A stretch of DNA of 64,000 nt. Origin: Yuukianura sp. NJ FZ-2021 (lineage: Eukaryota). The notes under the pieces were generated by a model that saw nothing but the letters and a program-made list of their open reading frames with translations, had not been told where the DNA came from and ran no database searches. Positions 53,391-64,000 of the stretch are shown one piece after another. The first letter of the stretch is position 1, and the number at the start of each line of letters is the position of its first letter. The stretch spans positions 4,154,001-4,218,000 of the forward strand of contig CM102289.1 of the NCBI GenBank assembly GCA_046563655.1. The letters are read 5' to 3'. The position numbers were made by a program, and so were the translations under genes.

Positions 53391-54760
53391 TGCTGTAAAA
53401 CTTTGTTAGATTTGTTTGTATAAAGTTGCAAAATTTCTCAGCTAGGAAACTTTAGGCGACAAGTTAGTGTCAACTTTTTAAACAAATAAAGTCATATGGA
53501 ATGGAACGGAGATGAGTTTAATCTAATCGTCAAAGGTTTGATTAAATTTTTTGAGCAAACAAAGACGCCTGACACTTGAATTGTTTTGAAGTGGGAAAAC
53601 AAGTGCAAAGTGCTTTGAAGTTTTGAATTCTAAAGCGTTTCACATGACTTGAATTTCATGAAGTTAATTGTTCTTTAGGCACCTTGTTACAGAAATAGAA
53701 ATCATATGAGTATTGAATTGCATAGATCACATGAGTAAAAGAAAGACTACCCTAACCTAATGGGAAAGATTAGTAGTATTTGAATCCAAATCATAATATG
53801 GACTGACCAAGGTCATGCGAATAATTGAGGAAAAAAATTTGGTGAAGTTTGTTTTCAACTGGTTTTGCAATTTATTCGATTTTCGTCAAATCTTACTTAC
53901 TTACATAAATATTTCTTTATCAATAATAAAAATATATTTTACTACAATATTTAAAGCAAATATTACTATAAGATAAAACAGAATTATCTGATTAAAAACC
54001 TCGGTATGAAAAACGTTTTGAGTAAATATAGACAACACAGACAGAGTAGTTGCAAAACATTTTGCCGATATGAAACAAAAAATATTGGCGACAGAACCAC
54101 CTTTGCATTGCGACCTTGGCAATTACCAGAAACTTTAAGAGGAAAGGTCACGATTTAATACCTCCATATAAATACATATCTTAATGAAGGTAATTGTTTT
54201 TATTGATTCCACATTTTTTTTAGCTCGTGTCACTACAATCATGCAACTATTGCACAAAATTTAAATTCCGGAAGTGCCATACCACTATATATTATTACGT
54301 TAATAGAGGAGGCTACGCTGGCCTTTCAGTCGATTGCAGTAACTACTAGAGCTTCAAAACCAGAATTGTCAATTTGCAAAAATTTAATTTGAAGTTATTT
54401 GAAAACGTCGAACTATCGCTTGTCTTTGAATGCTAATTTCTTTTAATTTTTGCAATGAAAACAGCATAAACTGGTCACTGTTAAAATCATTTGCGCTGTT
54501 AGTCTGAATTTTTAAATTGGTTTAACAAAAATATTCAACTGCCATTGCATTTCCAATTTTTAACGTCCATGATTCATGAACAGGCAAAACTTAAATTATT
54601 CCAGTTTTTTATTGTTCTGAAAACAAAACGATTATAATTTTTTTTGATTTGATGTTCAATCGTACTTGATCCTATAAAAATGCGCCAACAATTTTACTTC
54701 AACATCAGTTCCATTTTCAAAAAAGAATTCTGTACTTTACAACAAAACACAAAGAGAGAA

Positions 54761-55779
54761 ATGAAGGCTGTTGTAGCACTCTTGGCGTTGGTTATGGTGG
54801 CCAGCAGTAACCCGGTTTTTGACAAATGTAAATTGGTCATGGACAGCATTCCGAAGGATTTCAACATGGCTCAGGTAAACTTCGACATTGACTACTATAT
54901 GGAATGCGCAAGTCCACAAAGATTTCTTATTTTCTTCAGTTATACTTTGGACATTGAAAAAACCGACAGCAATATTTTTAATATTTCTAGGTGTCGGGTC
55001 ACTGGTTTGCTGTTCGCAAAGGACCGTACCCGGAGGAAGTGCATAACACGACAAAAGTCGACTGTGTTAATCTCTATGTGTACCGAGACTTCCACGAACC
55101 GCAAAGCGTTGTTCACTTTATCCATCAGTAATATAATTTTTGTTAGCTTCATTTTCAGAGTAGCGAAAAACTTATTTTTTTGGTTTTCCTCGCAGCTTTC
55201 GGTTGAACGGTACAAAGCACATTGCAAATGCAGTAACGTTTAATCTTACTGCCGACGGAGGCGAGGGCATGTATGTCAACAACTTCAAATTGTCCAAAAA
55301 CATCCATCTACCCCACAAACCAGAAGCTCATGGTCAGTATATACAGATACAGTATATCTGTAGTACTATGTGTTTTTTTTTAAATTATGTGTAAAAAATG
55401 CTTTTTCCTACATTTTTTCCTTTCTCTTTAGTTGAAATTCAAGAAAAGTTGGTGGAAACTGACCACGGAAAGTCTTGGAGTCTGTGGGCTAGTTGTGTTA
55501 CACATGACGCCGAGTCATCGCTTGTTTGGGTAATCAAAAGCCGATTCCCAGCTATGGACGCCAAGGTTATCATAAAATACCACAAAAATTTTAATATCGT
55601 TTGAATTTATTTCAAACAGCTTTTGGTTAGTAGTTTGCAATAATTTTTTTATGAATTGAACGGCTGGCATGTGTTTTAAATATGATTTGCAGTTGGAGGA
55701 CATTCTTTTGCAGAAGGTGGAGAAACATAACGGAAAACCTACGAAACTTGGTGGAGTTTCACAACACAACTGCCATTAA
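54761..55779 (+). CDS. Lipocalin, 5 exons
   Basis: MKAVVALLALVMVASS signal, DFNMAQ/VSGHWF (GxW), ETDHGKSWSLWASC, IKSR and C-terminal QHNCH*. All introns are GT-AG and in frame. Confidence 0.82.
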
Positions 55780-56690
55780 ACTCTGAATACCGACCATACC
55801 TGTGCTTATAGACAGAATAGACAGAATGAAATGTCATTGTAGATTTCAGAATTTAGCAACCAAAAATTGAGAATAAAAGAAATCTTAATTCCGCTTAATG
55901 CAACATAAAAAAATGGAGAAAGTGGCCAAACAAATTAACGAATTCAGTCGTGGCAGTTGCTTGCGTTTTCGTCCGTTCCTCGAAAAGGCTATTTTTTCGG
56001 TTGTTGGTAAGTATCGCGGAACTAAATTTTGAAGTTGAGAATGTTCAAGAAATTTAGGGACCTGTTCAACTTCAAACCCACCATTCTCTGAACAGGCCCA
56101 CACTTCACTGGAATGTTTCGATTGCACAAAATTTGGAAACTTGGCTTTTTCGTTCGCCATAATCGCTAGTATCGGCAGCGTAAAGCGTAAATAGTAGGCA
56201 GAACCCTCCTAGGCTTCAAATGTAAAACATACGACAGTGAGTGACAGCTAAAACAGTATATGCTAAATCAGCATATACTGTTATCAGCATTATAAAATTA
56301 CAAACACATTCATATTATACCTTGAAAAGTAAAAAAAAACACCTTGGAACGTACATAAAAATAAATGTGAAGTTTGGTGTATTTATTAAAATATGAATTT
56401 TCACAGTGGTCATAGTTTTATGGGAGCTAAATATATTTAACCACAATGCAGAGAGTGCCAGATAACCGCTTTTCAAAACCTTACTTACACATCCGGATTA
56501 GTCATTCCTGGCAATTGCGAGTAGTATCCGTTCTTCTGAAACAAGTTAAGGTTGACACATAGTCCGTCAAACCATTTTAGCTTCTTACAGTGTCCCGTAC
56601 AATTGAGCATTAAATAGCAAACACTTATTACACTCAATAAAAGCAACATTTATGGAATGCTTTTAGACTATTCAACTGACCTTTGACATT

Positions 56691-56816
56691 TCAACCGCCC
56701 CACTTGCAAGGACCGTCGCTTCTCAAGCTACAACCAGGATCAGGATCCGGGATAGCAACTGAAATGGCCGTTCCCACCCAAAGAGCAACCAGCAGCAACG
56801 CAGTGCGGAGACGCAT
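56691..56816 (-). CDS. 41-aa prepropeptide; predicted mature GCSLRSDGPCKWG-NH2
   Basis: MRLRTALLLVALWVGTAISVA-IPDPDP-GCSLRSDGPCKWG-G*. Paralog at 63420-63545. Confidence 0.8.
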   Translation of the reverse strand: MRLRTALLLVALWVGTAISVAIPDPDPGCSLRSDGPCKWGG

Positions 56817-58003
56817 TGTGTTTTCGATTCAAGTGGATTCTGCCGCTTTACAATACAATCAAACTGCAACTTTGTTTTGTTACTTGTCCGTGTTTTTAAA
56901 CTCCTTTTAATTGACGTTTGGCCTCAATTAATGATAGTTTTTAAGGTCCCATGTTCAATTGCGGCCGCTATTAAGTGAAACCAATTTACTATGTCCACTT
57001 TCTTGCTAGAAGCATACAAATAATCTCTCTATGACGTAATCGAACACAAAAGAATCATTTCTGAATTAAACTCAATTGACAGCAACCAACATCGAAGGTT
57101 CCTAGTTACTTATGGACATAGTATCTATACTTAACAATAGGTGTTCAATGAAGAACAAAATTAATGCTGTATCGTCCATTATTGCAGAAGCTCGATTACG
57201 TTCACATTTTTTTGTTTTAAAGCTAAGAGAGAATGTTACGCACTGCTAAAACCAGTGCTGTTCTCTCCAATCACTTGTTTCTGCTGTTGCTGTGCGGGGT
57301 TCTGAGAAAAACAACAATGTTTTTTCGTTAAAACTTGGTCAAATTGCGTTTCAGGAACTTAAATACACAAAGATAACTTAAATAAAAATACTGAATACCT
57401 CTGACACGTCAACCACTACTGCATGGAGTACAGAATCAACAATCAGGGTAAGGATAAAAATACTGAATACGCAGTAGGCAATAATCAGCAACACGTCAAC
57501 CACTACTGCAAACTGAAGATTGTGCCAATTGCTTGTGTTCTGCGTTTTTATATCATCTTTCAGCGCTACTTATTAGTTCACACTAAATTCACAGCTCTGT
57601 AAGCGTTATAGTTCAACCATACTCGTCGCAATTGAGTTTAATTGATTGTTTTTTTTATTAATAAAAGCAAATGTGGTTTCGAATTAATATTTTTGTGAAT
57701 TGAGAAACCAACGCAACGTCCCTCTAGTTCAATCCGTCCAATTTGGTTTATCACACAATCCACGCTGGATAATTCGAAAAAAAAATTGAAAAAAAATTAT
57801 AGTACAAAAAATCAAAGAAATATACAAAATACATTTACTTCGTCATATTTTTGTCATAATATTTCGTTTACAAAATTTGACTTTTTTGAGCTACGCTTTT
57901 TAAAAATATTTTTTGACTATGTGGTAACTAATTAGTTTTTAGGATTAGTTTTCTGAAGAACAAGATGAGTTAACAATCCCATCATAATGACTCGTCCGCT
58001 GTG

Positions 58004-58522
58004 CTAACCCCCAAATAATTGAGTCAAAAGTGGTGCGAACCCTGTATTGCTTCCGAACTTGTTTCCCGAGAATATGCTTGAAGTATTTAGCAGGTTCCCT
58101 ATTCCTCGAAAGGCTGTTTGGAAACAATTAGTTTCAATTAAATTCGTAGTTAAATTAAAAACTTAAATGAACTTGTATAAAAGAATTGACTCACTTCGAG
58201 GTTCTTGTTTAAGAGTGCCAGTGACTTCCTGCTCTCCAAGATCCACATTTTTTGCCAAACCTTTTCCGAATAATATGTCCGAATTGGACACTCTATCCTT
58301 TCTCTAAAAAAAAGTTCTGTTAGAACTCGACAATTCCAAACTATGCTTGAAATTTTTTTTCAAGGTTTAAAAGAAAAATTGCAAGATCATAAAAGTCTGG
58401 TCACAAAACCAAAAAAAAAAAAGCTAACTTACGTCTGAAGTTCCAGCTCTTATAACTGACGCACATACAAGCAATATTGCTGCGGCAAGAATATTTCCTT
58501 TGCCGTTTCCCATTCCTAACAT
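58004..58522 (-). CDS. Small secreted precursor with EPR processing site and amphipathic Gly-terminated C-terminal peptide, 3 exons (58522-58433, 58303-58195, 58113-58004)
   Basis: MLGMGNGKGNILAAAILLVCASVIRA-GTSD/RKDRVSNSDILFGKG...KQEPR/TFRGIGNLLNTSSIFSGNKFGSNTGFAPLLTQLFGG*. Canonical gtaagt and gtgagt donors keep the frame. Confidence 0.7.
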
Positions 58523-59585
58523 GATTTTGCGTGTTACGACTTTCAGGGCTTTAATGCTATATTGATTAACTTGTTGGTTATTTCGTTGCAAATTAACAGC
58601 TAACAGTGACTGACGAGTATTACAACCAAGGTTAAGCCTTTTCCACTTGCTGGAACAGGATACAAGTTTGCTTGCTTTAACTATTTATAATCCATCCAGG
58701 ATCAATAAAACTGAATTTGAATTATTATTGTAAAAAACCACAACTTTTGAACTATTGTTGAACTTTATCGAACAAGGTTTTATTAAAATAACGTCTGCTA
58801 TTAGATGCTTTTGTAAAAAAATTATTGTCATTGAAGGAATAGTTCAAATGGGATCAACTTTGAGGAAAATGTTTATTTCAACAATGCATATTGTGAGTCA
58901 AAATTTTTGTCTTTTCATACTTTCTATTTCCAACAACACAACTTATTTGTTAGTCATGCAAAAATAGTTTTGTAAAAGTTTTCAAAAATCCTTTCCTGGT
59001 TCCGCGATTTTCAACAAAACAATCACCATACTTTGTCGTAGTCAATAGTGTAGCTGTGGTACAGGGTTCCAGGTCAAATTGTTAGCTCAATTTCGTCAGC
59101 AGACAATCCATAAGAATGACCAATTCGTTGATATGATAAATTCGTATGCAGCCATTTCGTATGTGTTGTTAATCTTTTAGCTAGCAGCCTAACCTTGCAT
59201 AACACTTTTCACATGACTTCACTTTCAAAAAATTAGAATTAGAAATTAAAAAAAAATTACATACTCGTACGTAACCTGACTCTCAAAATGTTGGCCATGT
59301 TTAAACATTTACGAATTCACCTGCTTCAGATGTACAGAACCAACACAAAAAATAATAAACATTGCAACTTATTCACAACTCCAACAAGTATTAAATATTT
59401 ATTGTTTCGTTTAGATACTAATGCTAGGTAGATTTAAAATTTTCCAGATTTGAAACATTTTTGAAAAGTTCTTTTTGGAAATTGCTTAAACCCTATCTTT
59501 TTACTTTGCCTTGCCGGACAAGTAAATGATTTATCTCCGCACTGTGCAACTCTACCCAGAAAAAATGTCACGGAGTTGTTGATTC

Positions 59586-60040
59586 TCAAATTTCCCTAAG
59601 CGGGAACAGTACAGCTTCGGTGTTAGGCCGCTGCGTCGAGGGTCCAAAAATGGAATCTATCACAGAGTTGGCAACTCTCCGCACATTTTCGTTCCTTGTA
59701 AACTTGAAAGATCCGCGCAAAATGTCAGACAGCCTGAAGTTACCAACTCCTTGCAAAATTGTCTGCACCCCATCGTTTACTCTGTTCATGGTCTGCTGGT
59801 CCACGGCGTTTGGTTTAGTTCCATTTGTTGAATAATTCCCGGGGTTTCTGTTTTCATCCAAAAATGAAGAACGGCCTTGATGTCTGTGATTGATGTATCG
59901 ATGTGGACTCGAACTAATTTCCTAAAAATCAACGTCAACTTCAATAGAGAATTCAAATCAAAAATGGTTTTATCTGTCAATAATATTCTTACCACTGTCA
60001 GAAATGCAAACGCCAAAATGATTAAACGAACAGACGCCAT
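59586..60040 (-). CDS. Small secreted protein, 2 exons (60040-59993, 59921-59586)
   Basis: MASVRLIILAFAFLTV/EISS-SPHRYINHRHQGRSSFLDENR...; phase-0 intron. Confidence 0.72.
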
Positions 60041-60863
60041 TTTTGAAATTAGTTAATGTCGACTCTGTTTCCTTCAATAGTGTTTGCTGAGCTACTGAAA
60101 ACTTGAACGTCACAAAGTCAATAGCGTGAAGTCTCAACTAAAGAAAAACCAGATTTAATGTTAAAAACAAGTCGAAAAATTCTTCCACAATTACTTTGGA
60201 GGAAACTGGTTGGATACCAAAACATTTCGTGAACTGGAAACAGTCCTCATGGGAAAAAAATTTCTTAGGTATAATTTTCTTACACTAAACAAAAAGTAAG
60301 TCGCACAAGCATACCGGTTGAATTTCTGTGTCATCACAGGTTCCTACTTCAAATTCTCTCATTAAAGCATTTACAGACGTAAGAAAGGATTTTCTGAAAA
60401 GAAATTTGTTAAAATTTTCACATCATTAACTCAACCAACGCAAGGCATTGTTGACGTCATAACCGTTAATTCACATGTTTTCACTTAAGCCACGTCTACG
60501 GGAGTTTAATATGCAAACTGTAATGTTTTTTGAACAGTTGAATGATAAATTGGACTGTTTTGTTTTCAAGTTTACCCAGTTTTTTTGTAAAATAATTGCA
60601 GTAAACACTAAAAGGCACTTCAGTTTAATTAAAACGCAACTTAAATCTAATGAACACGACACTTCTTGGTACTTGTAAGATCTTGCTAAACCAACCCACG
60701 CCACTCCGTGATTCATCTCTAATGTTATTTTAGTAGTACTCATTGAATGGATTAGCAAGTCAGTATTAACTTACTCAAAAAGGTAAACAAAAATCCAGTT
60801 TAGCTTTTAGGTTGAATTTATTATTACGTGAGTGACTAATTTTGATAAAAACATCATGATATT

Positions 60864-63158
60864 TGTTTGTGGAATTGACAGCGTCAATTCCTCATTTTTA
60901 TAGATTTTAACCCCCTCTTTTGGTTAAAATTCAACTTAAATTTAGACCCCAATTTTGGTTTAAATTTCCCTCCTTTTGACATGCGCACAGCCGCTTTCCA
61001 GAATTGCATCACCCAACTTCCTAACTACGCAGTTAGTTTAGTTTCTGTTTTTCCACTCTTTCAGTCTAATTAAGAGTGTCGTTTCAGAACTAGAGTTGTA
61101 CGGTCATGCCTCTCTCTAGTTTTCTCATCTTTAGACCTCCATAATTAGCTAATTGTTCACCCCTTAATTAACGTTCTGTTAATTAAATAAGGGTTAAAAG
61201 CCCTGATTTTTACGGATTTCCGTCTCTTGGTTTTTCCGTAATTTATTCCTAAAAAGTTCATTCCTGAATGAACATAATTTTCCGTAAAATCAAAAGTTGT
61301 GTCCCCCCTCCTCGTGTTCAAGATGGCCGCCAGTGCTACAGTCTGACTCTTGAAACACTCAGTGCATCCAGAACTGGACTTCAATCAATCAGTGACTGTA
61401 AGTTTCCAGTTCACCATGACCGTCTTGGTCTGAAAGTGGACATTGGAGCAGCAGATCTAACCCTTGACCTCGTCGTCCATCAGTGGAAAATCAACCGCCA
61501 CTCCAAACAACTCTTCATCATTCAGTTTCACCACAATTCAGAGGTAACTTTACATCATGTCACCCATGTGACCAGTCGCATTCCTCACGACTGAAGTTAC
61601 CCTCATCAAATTCTGACTCCATGTCCCACCTCAAAGTCATCAGTACTTCCGGTCAGTGCCACTTTTTATTTTAAGAAACCAGTTCTTAAATGCCACCTCA
61701 CCCAAGCAACACGTCTTGGTCAAATTCATGTCGGGATGGCGACTACCTCCAGTCTCATCACCATCACCTTCTCTCTCCACTACCAAAGTGGATCATCTTG
61801 CGACCATCGTCGCAGAGGTCACTGACCACATCAGGTCAAACCCATCATCGTTTCTACCACCGGCGTCTCGATACCGTGGATGTCACCATCAGTGTGCATC
61901 CGCCAGTCCGTCCGTTGACTGAAAAGTTAGAGCTCCGCTACTCCACTACTACTTTCCGGCGTCTCGATACCGTGGATGTCACCATCAGTGTGCTTCCGCC
62001 AGTCCGTCTGTCGACTGAAAAGTTAGAGCTCCGCTATCATTCTCGTCTCTCTGGAACGTCTCAATACCGCGGATGTCACCATCAGTGTGCTTCCGCCAGT
62101 TGTTTAACTGAAAAGTTGGAGCTCCGTTCGACTCTCCTGGCTTTCCGTCTCGGATTCCAGTCTCTCTCGGATTTTCTCCGCTCTCAAAATACCACTCGTG
62201 TGTTTCCGTCCTTCATCGGACTTCTCATCACATCTCGTGACCCAGGTGACCTCTGCCTCAAATCTTCCTTTTGGCGACAGCGGACACCAGAACCACCTCA
62301 GCATCATGCTCAACACCATCTCCATCACTCAAACCGAATGTCACCGCTCGTGTGCTCTCTCCAGTAACTCAACTGGACGGTTTGAGCTCAACTCGACTTC
62401 ACTGGAATTCCAATTGCTGATTCCAGTTCCCTCAACCAACACATCATGGACACCGCCCGTGCGTCCCGCTACCCTCTGACGTCCTCTCATCGGACTTTCA
62501 TTTCTGCTTCTTACAGCATCAGGACTTAAACTTAAGTTTCCTTTCGTTTTTCAAATTCCATTAAAGTAAAATCTAGATTTAACTCTAAAATTTAGAATCA
62601 CTTTAACATTTAAGCTCTCATAGCTTCTCATAAAATTTAAGTTTCATTTCAGCTTCAATTTTCACGAACATTCATTTCTCATTTTCACTTGTCAATTCAA
62701 CTACAGTTGGATTTTGGTGGATTCTTCAATCCACCAAGGCCGCCGAATGTTTGTGGAATTGACAGCGTCAATTCCTCATTTTTATAGATTTTAACCCCCT
62801 CTTTTGGTTAAAATTCAACTTAAATTTAGACCCCTTTTTTGGTTCAAATTTCCCAATTTTGGACATGCGCACAGCCGCACTCCAGAATTGCATCACCCAA
62901 ATTCCTAACTACGCAGTTAGTTTAGTTTCTGTTTGTTCACTCTTTCTGTCCAATTCATAGTGTCGTTTCAGAACTAGAGTTGTACGGTCATGCCTCTCTC
63001 TAGTTTTCTCACCTTTAGACCTCCATAATTAGCTAATTGTTCACCCCTTAATTAACGTTCTGTTAATTAAATAAGGGTTAAAAGCCCTGATTTTTACGGA
63101 TTTCCGTCTCTTGGTTTTTCCGTAATTTATTCCTAAAAAGTTCATTCCTGAATGAACA
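60864..63158 (+). mobile_element. Non-autonomous LTR retroelement (BEL/Pao-like termini), 2295 bp
   Basis: 411-bp LTRs 60864-61274 and 62748-63158 (TGTT...AACA), 5-bp TSD ATATT, and caaggccgccgaa before the 3' LTR. The 1.47-kb interior lacks recognisable gag/pol. Confidence 0.9.
61859..62127. repeat. Three ~96-bp tandem repeats inside the LTR element
   Basis: Unit cgtctcgataccgtggatgtcaccatcagtgtgc.tccgccagt...actgaaaagttagagctccg occurs three times. Confidence 0.9.
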
Positions 63159-63419
63159 ATATTTGAAACAAACAATTTTCAATTTGCCTGCAGAATTAAT
63201 TTTCCGACGAAGAGACTTCCATTTTAGCCCTTTTTTGTCTGCCTAAATGCAGCATCTAAAATACATAATTGAAAATTTGAACATTATAGACATGTTGTTA
63301 TTCTTGTTTTTGCCAAAACGTTTTAAAGATATGACTGTTCTGCAGAACTCCGGCGGGAATCAGATGAAAGCGACTCAATTGCATACCTGTGGGATAATAT
63401 GTGACACGGTGGATTAAAC

Positions 63420-63545
63420 TTAGCCGCCCCATTTGCACGGCACACCGTCGTACAGGCCACACCCAGGTTCAGGATCCGGAAGCGCTACTGCTATTGCCGC
63501 TCCAATCCAAAGAACTGCCACAAGAAGAGCTGTGCGTACGCGCAT
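63420..63545 (-). CDS. 41-aa prepropeptide; predicted mature GCGLYDGVPCKWG-NH2
   Basis: MRVRTALLVAVLWIGAAIAVA-LPDPEP-GCGLYDGVPCKWG-G*. TATA-like tttatataaa at 63621-63630. Confidence 0.8.
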   Translation of the reverse strand: MRVRTALLVAVLWIGAAIAVALPDPEPGCGLYDGVPCKWGG

Positions 63546-64000
63546 TTTTATTTCAGAAGCTTGGAATCAGTAGTGTTTTGCTTTGAAATTCTGTTGCATA
63601 AATGAACTACGAAGTTCAATTTTATATAAATCCTAATTGAATTGGCCTTGATAGAGTACTAATCTGACCTCAATTAATGACTTACAACTCCTCCAATTTG
63701 TTGTGGATAACGGCTTGAAAGTAACCACATCAAATATACCGTGTTGTTCAGCAAAAAATTCACGCCAACAAACTCAAATGTTTATTTTTTTTCAAAATTG
63801 TGAAGGGTGATGAGTACTAAATTCAAAAAAATACTCTGCAGAATATAAATTCGTTTAGACGTACTTTACTTTTTGGTCATAATCCCCCCTCCAGAAATCG
63901 CAAATTTTAAAAAATAAGTCATGGGAAAGATTTTGATGTGTCTACTTTTCACTGAACCGTTTTCGCTAAACCTGCCATTGGAAGCGGTTACACTTCGCGA

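Noticed and set aside
56484..56610. Minus-strand CTGHCKKLKWFDGLC as a defensin exon
   Set aside because: It lies after the stop of the 41-aa peptide gene, with no valid acceptor and no CxC.
57378..57570. Minus-strand hydrophobic segment (NWHNLQFAVVVDVLLIIAYCVFSIFIL) resembling a Cys-loop receptor TM4, with a local duplication
   Set aside because: No start codon or upstream exons; too short to support.
61859..62127. Minus-strand CTGATGG...GAGACG in LTR-internal repeats as a hammerhead (retrozyme)
   Set aside because: The core deviates from CUGANGA/GAAA and there is no convincing stem I or II.
61268..62479. ORFs inside the LTR element as gag/pol
   Set aside because: No zinc knuckle, protease, RT or integrase motifs; the ORFs largely follow the tandem repeat.

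Overview
AT-rich eukaryotic (animal) genomic DNA, gene-dense, with short GT-AG introns. The gene repertoire (GR-like 7TM receptor, CYP2-clan P450, bbg/PDZD2-type PDZ protein, lipocalins, astacin) suggests a basal hexapod such as a springtail, but this is inference. About 22 protein-coding genes could be modelled by hand, and several small spliced ones are absent from the ORF track. Most encode secreted or defence-type products: two tandem double-CSab-defensin genes, an 8-Cys secreted protein behind a duplicated promoter, a WAP peptide, two head-to-head IRG/p47-like GTPases with myristoylation motifs, and two paralogous 41-aa precursors predicted to release a 13-residue disulfide-cyclised amidated peptide (GC-x7-CKWG-NH2). 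There is also a divergent P450 with a CYP51/CYP7-like appearance whose catalytic domain is intronless (horizontal-transfer candidate), a thimet oligopeptidase, and mucin-like and structural proteins. Mobile DNA includes two hAT-type MITEs (8-bp TSD), a Foldback/MULE-like palindrome (9-bp TSD), a 5'-truncated Penelope fragment with a minimal hammerhead ribozyme, and a non-autonomous BEL/Pao-like LTR element (5-bp TSD). All family calls come from motif reading; no database searches were run.
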